Assembly (NCBI GenBank): GCA_009103225.1
Contig: RHPI01003156.1
Span: forward strand, 350,537 to 414,536
Reading direction: 5' to 3'
DNA length: 64,000 bases
Source of the DNA: Chlorokybus atmophyticus
Lineage: Eukaryota; Plantae; Mesostigma and Chlorokybus algae
The notes beneath the pieces are model-generated. The model saw only the letters and a program-made list of their open reading frames with translations, did no database searches and was not told where the DNA came from. Positions 24,640-38,455 of the stretch are shown piece after piece (position 1 is the stretch's first letter; each line of letters starts with the position of its first letter). The translations under genes were made by a program, and so were the position numbers.

Positions 24640-26740
24640 AAGCAGCAGCAAGCATTGCAGCAGCCCGCTCCACCTTTACGCATCCACGTGCCACCTCCAG
24701 TTGGGGCCACGCCCGTAGCCCAGGTGAAAACTCGCATGGAGCGCTTACTATTGGTATTCCCTCCCGAGCAGCGTCACCTTGGTCTTGAACACATGCATAC
24801 GGCGCGCAATAGGTACCATCATTGGGGAGGCTTATGACTGGTAGCATAATAGCACATACGCACCATGCTGTTACAGAACCTCAACCCGCGAATGGGCTTC
24901 ATCACGCCCCGCGTTCGGAAACTGCCGGGGTACACTTACATAAATCGCGCTCAGATACCACTGCTGAACTAGCTGGTGGATCATGATGCGTCGGGAGCCG
25001 ATGACAGCCTTCGGCTCCCGACGAGAGCGGTTGAACGCATTCCTCCGCTCAGTGATGCGCGTATTTAAGGAGGTTGGAGGGGACACCGTGACGTCCACAT
25101 CGGACGCCTGGGCCATCATTGAGCTAATGCTGCCAAGAAAAAGCCGCACGCCAACAAAATCGCATATGCTTCTACAACTGGCGCCATAATGAGCAGCCCC
25201 ACAAGCAGACGGCCACTGTGCAAGCACCAGCCATGGTGGTACTGGAGATGAGCATCATTAATGGCTGATGGGATAGGCATGTGATGGACGTCTGTTGTGT
25301 GGACACCATCTCCATGTCCTTGTAGCGACAGATGTTGAGAGCCATTTATTTGATGCTCGTGCCTCGAGTGATCGAGTTTTAAAACCACTACAAGCAGCCT
25401 ATCGTCACGAGGGGCGCCACGCTGGTCACCAAAACCGCTCACGCTGCGGCAATTTGAAAAGAATCAAACCGGCGCGCCTACCCTCGCCAACCAGCTGGGG
25501 GGCCTGGCCCACACGGGCGATGCAAAGGCGGTCTATTGCCATCATCAACAGCTGGTGGAGCCAGACCATCTCAGCCACCACCACCACCAGGTGGCGCGCC
25601 CGGCGCTGATCCATCATAGCAACCACCCTCAGGTGGATCGTCAAGTACGGGCAAGTGCACAGCCATGGCAGCACAGCGCACCAGTGTATGTCGAGCAGCG
25701 TCCATTACAGTACGATGCGGGTCGTGTTGAATCGGGGAGTTCAATCCAGGTTGCGCACATGCTTGATGCTGAAGGATTACTCCAGGAGACACACGCACAT
25801 CAGCAACAGGAGGAGGAGGAAGTGAACGAGGGCTTTCGATGTGTGCGTGTGCCTGAGAAACCTGTGGCACGCCAACATGGAAGTGGAGGCGTCCCTTCAC
25901 GCGCGTCGGAATCCAGATGGTATGGCTCGGATTATGCTCCTGCAATGGCATTTGTGCAGTGCAACAATGGCCAAGGCCTGTCGGCCTCCGACATGGGGCG
26001 CATCATCAAGTGCATTCAAAATGCACACTTCCTGACGGAAGAGCCGCAGTGGGAGACCGGTGTGCATGTGGCCAGCTACCTCCGGACCACAATTGCTTTC
26101 TCTCAATTTAAAGGCCAGTGCCCCTTCTCTGCTTCCGCACCGCACCGTGCTCATGACCAACTTAGCGTCTCTCAGCCAATGCTATCATGATCGCCAACCA
26201 AGGCAAGCACGTGCTCATCAATGGCAGAGCACCAAAAACAGAGTACCGTACTATGTTTTTGTGACTGCTAAACACCGGCGCACAACCCGTGTTCATTGGC
26301 AAGCACTTCGCGTGCACCCTTGGCATCACCACAGCTGACCTGCGTCTGTGCCCGTACTCCCTCAGCACTGCGCTCAACACTAAGCAGCAAGCACTTGGCA
26401 TCATAGTGCGTGCCATTCCCATCACTCTGGTAGGACTCGACCCTACTCATACCACCACGGTGGACTGACACTGTGTGGTTACGGACTCCTACAACTATGA
26501 CCTGATCCACGGGCAGGAGTTCAACTTTCTTGTCGGCATCGATCTTGGTTGCTGGACAGAGAAGACTTGGTTTTGGCCCACCAGGTGCACCGGCAACAAC
26601 ATCGCTGCAGAACTCCTTGTCTATGGATGTGACAGATTGCGCCAACACACGCATTATATCGATGGCACTTCACGTCGAAGGCTTTTACCGCATCCCCTAC
26701 GACGACACCCAGCAACCAGAAGGTGTCGAGACGGCTCTGC
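24640..26740 (+). pseudogene. Gypsy gag and aspartic protease remnants (5' part of the DNMT-bearing element)
   Basis: LLNTGAQPVFIGK at 26265 (decayed LLDTGA protease active site) followed by VTDSYNYDLIHGQEFNFLVGIDL..W; upstream fragments are only weakly gag-like. Confidence 0.7.
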
Positions 26741-27399
26741 AAGTTATATGAGTTCATGAAGCGCATGAAATGCGCGCCCATGAACTTAAGAACTCGTTAA
26801 TGAGTTATGAGACTCTTGTGCCCCTAGTGCCTTGGGCACTTGAGGGCACAAGCACTCACTAGACGTGAGTTGTGAGTCACAAGCTCCTTATCTAGTCGCT
26901 TGAAACCCTAGCACGGCGGCGCCATCCTTGGCGTGGGGGGCGAGTGTGGTTTACTTTGCAGGTGTACAGGCTTCTCAGGCTTCGACCTCGGCGTCGGCAG
27001 CAGTGGCGCCATCGACAAGTCGAAGACCGAAGAAGCGCGTGACTTTCGCACCTGGCGTGAAGAAGCAGTAGTTCCCGTAGTTGTAGCCTAGCACCCTAGT
27101 GCAGACCTTGTGTATAGATCAGCCTATATCTGTACACTTGCGCATTTGTATTGTAATGCACTTGGATGCTGGGCGTAGCCACCGTGCTATCGACCCATCG
27201 CGACCCCCAAGCATGAGCTGTGTGTCGCATATAACTCGTGTGTGAGTTTGCATGCACCCGGGATAGCAAGCCGTCACCGCTGCCAGCTTCCTGTTGCACA
27301 CAAAAAGCTTCTCAAAGTTCCCTACTACTGTGAAGCAAGGTGTGTATGCAAACAGCATCGCGCGGCTACTGGCATGTTGGAGTCCCACACATTCAGGCG

Positions 27400-28350
27400 C
27401 AGAACGGGCGTCACACTTTTGAAACTCTTTGGAGACATCCGCAGTGGCCTCGCCGCAGTTCTCAACGCAAGCATCACAAGCAATCAATACTATGATTGCA
27501 ACCCTGACCCACACGCGCAGATCGCGCTAAAGCACCACCTCCAGCTGTTGAACAGACGCTACCCCGAGCGAATGCCACTGTCCGCGCTCAACAGCAGCCT
27601 CCGCGCACTGCCAGAGGACATCCGCCTCATCTCTGAGTACTACCTGCTCACGCTTGGCAGCATCGACTTGTTCATTGCAGGTTGTGAATGTCAAGGCCAT
27701 TCCGGAGTTGGCACTGGCAAAGGGTTGAAGGATCCGCGCTCCACGCTGTTGCAAAAGCTGCTGCGTGTCGCTCACCTTCTGCAACATCACTTGGTTGCTA
27801 GACTGCTGGCCTACATCTTAAAGAATGTCCTTTTTGAGGATGACAACCGGCCCAGCGTGAGGGAGGACTTCCACCACATCTGCTCTATGTTGGGACACCC
27901 TGTGCGCATCAACGCAGCATGTCACGGATCACGCGCACACCGCATCCGCTCCAAATGAACCAACCTAGCTGTTGTGGAAGAACTGTTTCTGGCGGAACAC
28001 CGGTTCAACACACGATCACAAGGCCTTCCATCGGATGCCATTCTTGACCCCGGTCGCAAGGCCCAACCAGTCACTCGTCTCGACTACGCGCGATTCTACC
28101 CGTGCAAGCAGCCCGGCCAACCTCGCCGCGCACTGCCCACATTGGAGTCATACCCTAGCTCTTACGCCTTCCGCAATGGAGGGGAGGGCATGGTATGGGA
28201 CAGCATCAGATCAGCTGGAAGAACCCAATGCACGAAAGTGCGAACGCGCTATGGGTTTCTTCCCACACACTGTTTCCGCTTCCAACCTACCGACAATCAC
28301 CAACGACAGCTGCTAGGCAGCGCCATGGACCAAAACAGTATGGTGTGGAT
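27400..28350 (+). pseudogene. Cytosine-5 DNA methyltransferase domain embedded in gypsy pol
   Basis: Ordered C5-MTase motifs: I GVTLLKLFGDI..GL (27407); II YYDCNPDPHA; IV IDLFIAGCECQGHS (Cys 27689); V GLKDPRS; VI YILKNV (27812); VIII GSRAHRIRSK*TNL; IX EEPNARKCERAMGF; X RQLLGSAMDQN (~28310). One stop and two frameshifts. Confidence 0.9.
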
Positions 28351-28529
28351 ATTGGAGACGTGTTCTGCCACTCAAGATCGTCATGTATCTCATTAAGACT
28401 TCGAACATGGCTGGGGGGGTGGATAAATCGCTCTTAACACGTCCAAGCCTACATAGCACTTGAAACTGCTTGCATGGAGAAGCAAGCATCAGTTACGGTT
28501 GAAGAGATCCCGGTGAAGGCCAGTGCCAC

Positions 28530-28819
28530 TTCTTGGGATCACGTGGAGACTACCGCCCAACAGACAACAAGACCAAGCAGGACCGCTACCCGACGCCCAC
28601 AGCTGAAGGCATCTCCAATGATGTCGGTTCTTGCACCATCTTTGGCATCCTCAACATGTGACAAGAATACAATGACATCAAAATCATGGCTGAGGACAAA
28701 CATGAGAGTTCACTTTGGGGCAACCGTCAACCGTACAATGGAAGGTCATGCCTCTCAGACTGAAAAACGCACTCGTCGAGATCTAGAGAGTGATGGACAA
28801 GGCACTCGATGGCTGTGAT
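28530..28819 (+). pseudogene. Gypsy reverse transcriptase, N-terminal part
   Basis: RGDYRPTDNKTKQDRYPTP...IFGILNM*QEYNDIKI.AEDK, then WKVMPLRLKNA...RVMDKALDG, ending at the copia A insertion. Confidence 0.85.
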
Positions 28820-31513
28820 TGTGGAAAATCTAGCATGATTTGCAGAGTTCTTTACGTGGAGAATATAACATGTTATGCAGTGTTCTCTACATGTATAGCA
28901 TATGACACTTATGTGCTATTGTGAAGTCAGCTTAACTAGCCCTATTATAGCTAATTATGTTGGTACTTGATAAGCTACTCATAGACTGCAGGTGTATGCA
29001 TAGGCTGCAGGCAGTTAGGGCTGGTACAGTCTAGTCTGGTCCTTGGTAGGGCTGAGATTGAGAATCCAGAGCCGACAGGCCGCGAACTATTGAGTTATTT
29101 CACTTTTTTGGTCACTTCGTCGGCGGTGTAGCTCTACTCGTACCACTGTGCTGTGTATGCTTGTTGTGCATGGTTGCATGCATCATCTCTAGTAAACAGG
29201 TCATCGGCCCACATCTACGCGTGTAGAGCTAGCTATTGTGAGAGAGTGTTCTGCTCTCTGTGTGAGGTTGTTGGAGCTGGTAGCTGAGAGTCTGAGAGGT
29301 ATGGCGAACAAGCAGGAGGACTGTGGGGTTTAGCTATGAAGTTCAGTCAGCAGAAGATAGCAGGGTGGCAACCACTGGATCAGAGAAGGAGAAGTTCACT
29401 ATAAAACCATTGGGAGATGACAACTACACTTAGCAGGAGCTTTGAGATGAAGATGAAACTCATCTACAAAGAGCTGTGGGACGTTACGCTAACCTTAAGG
29501 GTAGTGCGCCAATTGGTAACGAGTTTGCATGTATGCGAAGCAGTTTGCGTGCTTTAGCTGTGATAAGTATGCACGTTGAGCCATTACATAGACACACTGC
29601 TGCAGATGCAATCTGATGCCAAGCATGCATGGGAAGACTTGAAAAAAATGTTCTCTACACGCTCTGTCGGATGTAAAATCGAGTTCAAGCAAGCGTTTGA
29701 AAACATGACGAAGCTTGCTATTGAGACAGTTACAGAGTATTTAAGACGCACAAAAGCTTAATAATGATTTGACCTTTATAGCAGATTTAGCCTGAAAGGA
29801 TGATCTGTATTGGATGTGTTATCTAGGTTGCTACGAGAGTTTAAGATTGTTGTGATCGATACTAATACCCTCCAACATCATGTTGGAGGGTATTAGCACC
29901 AATTAGAAGTTGTCCCTCACAAAAATTTTGCCAATCCTGTTGAAGGCAGAATCACGGATTAAGGGCACCGAGGCTAATTGAGCAGTGCGTTCGCTGCTCG
30001 AGCGCAGTTATCAGGAGGAGCTGCTACAAGCAATAACAATTGCAACAGGGGTGGAGATTAAAAGAAGCAGAAGAAGAAGAAGCTTTTCAAGGGGAAGTGC
30101 TTCCATTGCGACCAAGTTGGGCATAGGAAGAGTGATTGTTAGCAGCTGTAGTCAGCAAAGGGCAATCCATAGGGTGGACAGAGAGGAGTGGGTGGAGCAG
30201 TTGCCTTCAAAGCATTTACAGGAAGACAGGTGTTTGGGTGTTCAAATCCGGTTGTACACAGCAGCTTACTCCGGTTGCTTAGAACTGCTACAGAACTACA
30301 AGGTTTGGAGAAGTCCCCGCATTGTGGAGGTGTTGCGTGGGAGCCTGAAGGTAGCAGGTACATGCCAGACAGTGCTTCAATGCAAGGTGGGAGAAAGTGT
30401 GTACAAGGTGGAGCTGAAGAAGATTCTTCATGTCCCATGTGCACAGGCTAGCCTCTTCTCCATGAAGGTTGCATTAAAGGGTGGAGCTGATCCGTCAAGA
30501 AAAGGAGTAGAGGTCTGTCTCAAGGTTGCAAGCAAGGTCTGCCTCATCGCGAGAGAACAGCAGGACGGGCTTCATTCAATAGACAAGGCTAAGACTGATA
30601 ATGCACTGGTGGCGACAGTCCCGGAGTCAGCTGAACTTCTTGGCAGCGATGGTTTTGACCCCTTGGATATGACAACCTTTATTGTCTAGTGGCTGAAGAT
30701 TTGGTCAGAGGCATTAATGTGAGCAAGGCGCAGATCAAGTCGATAGGTGTGTTGTGTGAGCCATGCGTGCTGTCCAAGATGCATAGGCAACCTTTCAAAA
30801 ATTCGAGAGTGTCAGCGAGCATGTTGGACAGTTGGTGCACACAGATGTGTGTGGCCTGTTACTATAACCATCGAAGGAGAAAGCATCGTACATTGTCACC
30901 TTCCTTGACGACTTCTCCAAGCTGTCATTGGTGCGTTCTGTGAAGCTCAAGTCAGATGTCTCAGCTGTGGTGAAAGAGGTAGTACTGTGGTTAAAAATTG
31001 TGTCTAGCACATATGTGAAGATCGTCAGAAGTGACAGAGGAGGGGAGTACCTGAACAAAAAGCTGTTTGCAATCTGGTCTCAGAAGGCATTGTGCATCAG
31101 ACAACAACCCTGTACACTCCGCAGCAGAATGGTGCAGCTGAGAAGCTGAATCTGACTTTAATGGAAAGAGTTCGTACTATGCTGTGTGATGCAAAGTTGG
31201 AGTATTGCTGGTGGGCAGAAGCGGTTTAAACAGTCAACTACATCAAGAATAGATCGCCAGTGCGTGCTCAAGCAAAGACTCCGTGGGAGCTGTTTTTCAG
31301 AAAGGCTCCAAACATCAGCAACATGCGAGTGTTTCGCTGCATTGCATATGTGTTGACACCCAGGCAGCAAAGGAAGAAGCTGGACCCGGTCAGCAAGAAA
31401 GGTGTTTTCCTTGGCTATGAGCCTGACTCCGAGGCTTATAGGGTGCCGGAGGATATTCCGAAGATTGCAATTAGCAGAGAAGTTGTATATCATGAAGCCG
31501 TGGGAGCACAGCA

Positions 31514-34500
31514 TGTTAACAATGAGAGCTAAGCAGTGTTGAATGTGCTACAACAACAAGCCTATCCTACATACACGAGCGTGCACAGCAGCAGCTTGCA
31601 CATTTAAGGTATGCAATAAGGATAATGAACTCTGGCTTAGCACACACAATATATAGTCCTAGCCACTTGTTTAGCCAGATGTACACATTCTATTAGTTAT
31701 GCTAGCTATTACAGCATGTGCTAGCATACAAAAGGACTCTCCTTTCTGGAGCCTTATAGCGCCGCAAGAGGTCTGCTTCATTGATATCAATGCCACAACT
31801 TCAGCCTTGCAAATATCTTCCATTAACATTCGGAGACTGTCAATGTAAGGGCTGTCAATTCAGGGGCTGTTAATGTAGGCGACTATAAATCCAGAGGCGC
31901 AATGCAAAGGGGCTGTGCTCCAATACTTTTACGCAGGCAGCTTGACATTCTTCATGCTTGAGATTTCACTGAATGCCAAGCTCTGTGCAGCAGCCCTTGA
32001 CCTTTGATGGGGGAAGTGCCTTAGTCATGCAGTTCGCCAACATCTCCTCGGTGTTGCAATGAACGAATTCTGCCTCCCGCCGTGCTACGCGCTCACGCAC
32101 AAAGTGATGCATAATATCAATGTGCTTTGAGCGAACAGATGCCATGGGATGTTTTAGCAATTTGATTGCTCCCTAATTGTCACAGTTGATGATGACCGTA
32201 GATGCCTTGTAGCCTAGGTCTGCTACAAGCTTGCAAAGCCACAATCCTTCTTTGATAGCTTGTGATGCAGCCATGTACTCCGCTTCGGCTGTTGATGCCG
32301 CCACAGTGGGCTGTAGCCTGCTGTTCCAGCTCACAACTCCACCACTCACTAAGAAAGTATAGCCCATGGTTGACTTCCTTGTCTCCAAATCCAAAACATA
32401 AATAAAATAATCTAGCGTAGTCAGCATCGCAATAGCCATGCAATGCAGTGTTTCCTCCTCCATATCTGATGCCGACAGCAGGTGTACCAGCAACATAGCG
32501 AAGAACGCCCTTGGCAGTCTTCCAATGCTCCATGGTTAGTGCCGACATGTGCTGTGCCAGATTACCAACAGCAAATGCAATGTCCGCTCTCGTGCTAATT
32601 GATAAATACAGCAAACTCCGTACCAGCTCTCCATATGGGTAGGTGGCCTTGTCTGACAGTCCCTCTCCGTTGACACCCTGTTCATTCGTGCTCCAACAGC
32701 CATAGGAACCGATTTGTACTTGGCCTCCTGTAGCCCAAACTTGTCCGCCAACGTCAACACCATCTGCTCTTGGATGATGTTGACAGTGATGCACTCCCTG
32801 TCTCTTGAGATTATCATGCCAAGAAAAGTACTTGGCCTCTCATAAATCTCTAGTGCTGATGGTCTTCGTGAGGGCCTCCTTAACGTTGCTCACCTTCTTC
32901 AGTTTCCTTGTTGCAATGAGAATATCATCCACGTATATCAGAAGCCAGACCTCCTTATTCGGGTGGATGAACAGTCTTGGGTCGGCTCTGGATGCGGTGA
33001 AGCCCAATCCCTCAAACTTGCTCAGACGAATGTGCCACACCCTGGGTGCTTGCTTCAAGCCGTAGAGCGCCTTCACCGACTTGCAAGCAATCTCCGGTCC
33101 TCCCTCTTAACAACCCTTGGGTTGCTGGATGTAGATCTTGTCCTTAAGTTCGCCATAAAGAAAGGCTGTCTTCACATCCAAGTGATGCAACTCCAAGTCC
33201 TCAGCTACAACGAGAGCAAGCATTATGCGGAAGATCACATGCTTACTAGTAGGTGCAAAGACCTCATTGAAGTCGATGCCTTCTTGTTGCATGAAGCCCT
33301 TTGCCACCAGCCTTACCTTGTACCTCTCGATGTTGCCGTTGCCATCTCGCTAAATCTTGTTTACCCACCTAATTGAGATAGGCTTAACTCCAGAAGGTAC
33401 CTTCTCCAACGTCCAGGTACAGTTGGCATGCAGTGATGCCATCTCCTCATCCATTGCTTGTTGCCACATCATTGCGTTAGAGCCTTTGGACGCCTCTTTA
33501 TATGCGGTGGGTTTGACAGTCCCTCCCACGTTGGCGCTTGCGACCATAGCCTTGTAGAAGCCTTGTGGGTGATGTCTCCCTCTCAGGTTGTTGCTCCCTT
33601 GCTCTTCATACTGCTGGTCATTGTTAGTGGTGTTGGTTTTGCTGATGTTTGCTGATGATGTGTCAGGGTGAGCTCCATGTTGACATTTTGGAAGGTTGAC
33701 AACCTGCAGGGACTTTCGGTTTTGATTGTCAATGGCTGTGGTAGGGGTTGTCAATAATAAATCTGTACAATCTCCTTCTTCAGCTGGTTGTGCTTGAGCG
33801 TCTTCCGTGCATCTAACCACGGTGTTTTTAGCAACAGGTGTAGTGCCTCCCTCATCAAAAACAACATCACTACTGACAACAATCTTGCCAGTGTTTTGTG
33901 ACATCACGCGAAAGGCTTTGCTTCATAGCCAACAATACTCCTTTTGTGCTGGCAGGTTCTAGCTTGTGGCTTAGTTGCTTTAGCACGTGTACATAGGCCG
34001 GCGAGCCCCATATCGTCAACATGGACACGTCCGGCTGTTGACCGATAGAACAGCTCCCACGATGTCTTGGTCTCCAAGCGCACCGGGGATCGGTTCCGGA
34101 CGTAGTTGGCAGTCAGCAATGCTTCTCTCCACTAGTGATCTTTAAGTTGAGCGTCCGTAAGCTTGGCTCTCACTTTCTTCAGAATTGTGCAACTGAGCCT
34201 CTCTACAGCTGTGTTTGATTGAAGTGGATATGGCGCGGTGGTTTCATGGGCCAGACCTTTGTTTGCAATATATGCTTTCAGCTCGTTATTGACATACTCA
34301 CCTCCTCTGTCTGTGCGGACAGTGACTGCATCGTGTCCCAATTGCGTTTCCAGCATGGTGAGGACCTTTTTGACAATCCCAGCAACTTCGTACTTCAGCT
34401 TCAAAGGCATAGTGACAGACAGCTTGCTATAGTCGTCAAGGAAAGTGCAAAGTAGAGGCTTGCTCCTCTTCCTTGGCAGCAATAGGCAAAGGACCGCAGA

Positions 34501-37062
34501 CATCCATATGCACCAGTTTCAACACCCTCGCATGTGCTCGCATGTGTTGATTGTGGGAAGGGCTGTCGATGCTGCTTGCCAAGCACACATGCTTCACACA
34601 ACACACCTTGCTGGGCACGAAACTTCCCCGCGGCGATGTTAATTCCTTGTACCATGTTCTCCTTCACTAGCCTTGCAAGGTTGTCGTAGCCCAGATGCGC
34701 AAAACGGCAATGCCATAGCTGTGTCTTCCTCGGCGCACGCGGCAAATGCGCGGCTGTCAGTCTTCTCACTGACAGTTCCAACCTCGCTGATGTAGTAGAG
34801 ATCTTTCATAAGCGTGCTCTCCACTACGGTGACGTCCTTCTTCACAATGTAGCCCTTGTCCCCTTCGAACACAACCTTTCCTCCACTCTTGGCAGCCACT
34901 CGTATAGAGAACAGGCTAGTGCCAAGCCTGGGGACATATAGAACATCTTTGAGAAGAATGCGTGTCATTGCATTGCCAACCTTGCAATGCGGATGGACAA
35001 TCCCTCTGCCAATAGCCTCTAGCAACTTCAAGTTGCCAAATTCCACCATGATGGGGGAGGAAAGGGATTGATAGTCTTCCATCTTGGTCTTGTTGTTGGT
35101 GAGATGACAAGTGCAGCCTAAGTCCAAGACCCATGACAAGGAAGATTGGACAGTCCCTACACAGCTCAGAGCCTTAGATTGTCTTTCAACAACTAGTGGT
35201 GCGGAAACCTTCAATTGTGTTGAGATGAATGATGACAAGCATACACATGCACAAGTGCACGCCACAACACTAGCATTAGGAGACCATACAAGACCCTCTA
35301 TTGCCATCATGTCCATGGGGTTTATACCCGCCAGCTACACATGCTTCTACTCTAAAACTACTGCATCTAGCACACTCGACTATAACTTGCGCGCTAAGTT
35401 GCTCCACGTAGCTAGCTTGAAGAGCGTTTCAACAAGCTATAGCACACGTAAAATTGTCCAGTAAGCACCGAGATACAATCACTCTACTACAGCGCCTGGA
35501 AGTCTCCAGACTCCAGACTCGCCGACGCGCCTGGAACCTCTCGACTTGAGTCGCCAAGAGCCTTCTAGCGGCTATTTTCTATGCAGAGGGCAAGCTGACC
35601 GTTTGACCTAGCTGTAGGAATATGCTCAACAGATTGGCCCCTTTGCTCCGTCCACCAAAGTCTTCAACTTGTTGATAGGCCGTTTGTTGACAGCCCGCTT
35701 GTTGACAGCCCGTGTTGACAGTCCTTGCAGCAAATGCGACAGTCTTCTCGCTTTGCTGCCCTCCTCCCTTCCTCTTCGCGTCATTACGCTGCAGTTTCCT
35801 ACACTCCTTTTTCCAATGGCCCTCCTTCCTGCATTAGTAGCACGTTCCCTTCTTTCTTTAAGGACGACAACTGCCTCCCTGCTAGTGATAGCCCTTTAAG
35901 GATGTTGCTGCAAAAGCAACTGCATCTCCACCACCGTCCGCCTTGTTGGCCTTCCGCTGCTCTACTTGCAGCAGGTAGGGTGTCACAGCAAGGAGAAGCT
36001 CGATTAATGATGACTCTAGCACTGTGACCACCGACTCATAGTTTTTTTACAGGCCCGTTAGGATAGCCTATACCATCTCCGTTTCTTTGACATCATGCCC
36101 GATTCCTGCAGGGTGTTATTGCATTACTCTTGCTCGGGCAATGTACTTAAAGAGCGGCTCTCCGGGCTCCTTCTTAAATGCACTGAGGTCCTTGCGTAGT
36201 TGCAGCCTCCTTGCATTGTTTCTGGCATTGAAGATGTCCTGCAACTTTTTCCAACACTCCCGACCAATCTTGCACTCATCAATCAAGCCAAGGTTATGCT
36301 CCTTCACATGCAGGCCAATGCAAGCAAGAGCCTTCAAGCTATTCTTGGCATAAGCTGACTCTTCACCTGCACGTGCCTTCGCTCCATCAGGATCCACATA
36401 CTCCGAAAGCTGCTTGGTAATTTGCACCATCTTCATGCGAACACTCCATGTGTTGTAGTTGTGTGCAAAGTCTAGCATCTCCACCATCATCATTTACGCC
36501 ACTGGTAGCCATATTGCCTTCTCCTGCTCCTCGTGCCAACGGCTTTCGACTGTCCTTCAGCTCCCACGCTGACCCAGCTAGAGCTGTTGTGGTGGTCCTT
36601 AGCTAAACCTTAACCCAGCTAGAGTGCGCCCATAACCTGTTGACAATCAGAGCTAAGCAGTGTTGAATATGCTGCAACACTAAGCCTATCTCACACACAC
36701 GAGCATGCACAGCAGCAGCTTGCGTACTTCGGATATGTCATATGGATAATTAACTCTTGCTTAGCACACACAATCTATAGTCCCAGCCACTTATCTTCCC
36801 AGATGTACACAAGAGTTCCCATTGGTTATGCTAGCGATTACAGCATGTGCTAGCATACAAAACGACTCTCCTTTATGAAGCCTTCTAGCGCCGTCAGAGG
36901 TCTGCTTTAGTGATATCAATGCTACAACTTTAGTCTTCAGATATCTTCCATTGACAGTCGGAGACTGTCAATGTAGGGGCTGTCAATCCAGGTGCTGTCA
37001 TTGTAAAGGGGCTCTCCAAGCTGACTGTAGCTAGTGAGGACAGTAGGGGCTGTCCTCCAACA
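31514..37062 (-). mobile_element. Ty1/copia retrotransposon B nested in copia A (LTRs 31514-31925 and 36638-37062)
   Basis: Perfect 5-bp TSD CAGCA; PBS GGTTATGGGCGC; gag (36493-36087), PR WVLDLGCTCHLT, LWHCRFAHLGY, VRTDRGGEY, RT YVDDILIA, RNase H CDN...RSKHIDIMHHFVRE; many stops. Confidence 0.95.
35218..35631. mobile_element. Solo LTR (family Y) inserted in copia B
   Basis: TGTTGAG...CTCAACA; TSD AATTG/GATTG; homologous to 41660-42077. Confidence 0.85.
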
Positions 37063-38455
37063 CAGCAGCTGCAGGATCAGTGACAGCGATGATGAAAAGA
37101 TGAAGGCATCAATGATGATCAACAACAGACAAAGTCCAGCACAGCAACTAGTGTTTCAATACCTGGTAGACAGTGGTTCTAATTTAACAAGGGTGGAGCT
37201 TAGCCTTGAGAAAGTGAGCAGCGCTGCGCGCAGAGATAAGAGGAGTCATTAAAAGTAGCAAAACCAATAGCAAGGCAGGGGGCATTAACCTGAGTGTACC
37301 AGGAAGGGTCCTGTACATTTCCACAAGGAGTTTGGCAAAATGGCAGGCTTAGAATCACATAGTGTGGAGGCAGCAACATATGAAGAAGCATTCCAAAGGA
37401 CTGATGCACATGGTTGGCGTCAGGCGATGGATGTAGAGATAGCCTCGCTGCATGCCAGTGCGACGTGGGAGCTTGAAGTTCCACCTACAAGGGTCAAGCC
37501 TATTCCTATTAAATAGGTGTTCAAGGTGAAGAAGGACGGCAATGGCAATATTAAAAGGTATAAAGCCAGATTGGTTGAAAAAGGGTTTTTGCAGCAGGAA
37601 GGAGTGGACTTCAATAAGGTGTTTGCATCTGCAGGGAGTTGGCAACCTTCAGGAGTGAACTTCAATGAGGTGTTTGCATTTGCAGGGAGTTGGCAACCTT
37701 TCAGAGCTATGGTGGCAGTTGTGTCCGCAGATAACCTGGAGTTCCATCACTTTGATGTCAAGACAGCGTTGATGTACGGGGAGCTGGAGGAGAAGCTACA
37801 TTTAGCAATCAAGAGGGTATCAGGAGGGGTCACCTGGTACAGCATGTTGATTGGCGAAGGCGTTATTTGGCTTGAAGCAGTCACCACGGGTGTGGCATGC
37901 AAGACAGTGCAGGGGTTTATAGCAAGATTGCGGATCTAAGCTTATTCTACCTTGAGAGCAAGTAAGTGTGGCTGTTGGTGGTATGTGGAGGACATTCTGA
38001 TTGTAGCATCAAGAATGTCAGGGGTGTAAAGAGTGAAGACCTAGCTACGGGCTATGTTTAAGTGCAGAGACTTGAGCGAGACATACTTCCTCGATATGGT
38101 TGTCATCAGAGACAATTGCTAAAAACACCACCATTATGCAAGAGCAAGCGGTGAAGCAGCTGGTGACAAAGGTTGGTCTCAACAATGCGAATGTCAGAGA
38201 TGTGCCATTGAGCGTGGGAGCTCAATTGGTGAGAGCAATGGGCAGTGATGAAGAGTTGGACAAGGCCAAGTACTATTACTGCGAGCTTGTGGGGAGCTTT
38301 CTCGACCTATCCATAGCGTCTCAACCTGACATTGCAAATGCTATGGGACAGTTATTAAGGTACACTCTGCAGCTGTAGCAAAGGATGCATTGTGGCTTAA
38401 GAAACTGCTAGGAGACCTTGGTCATTCATGTGTAAGCCTGGAGATGTCCTGTGAC

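Noticed and set aside
26742-27236. Possible ~490-bp insertion between protease and DNMT (GTTATATGAG...CGCATATAAC ends)
   Set aside because: Inverted ends are suggestive but no TSD was found; left unresolved.
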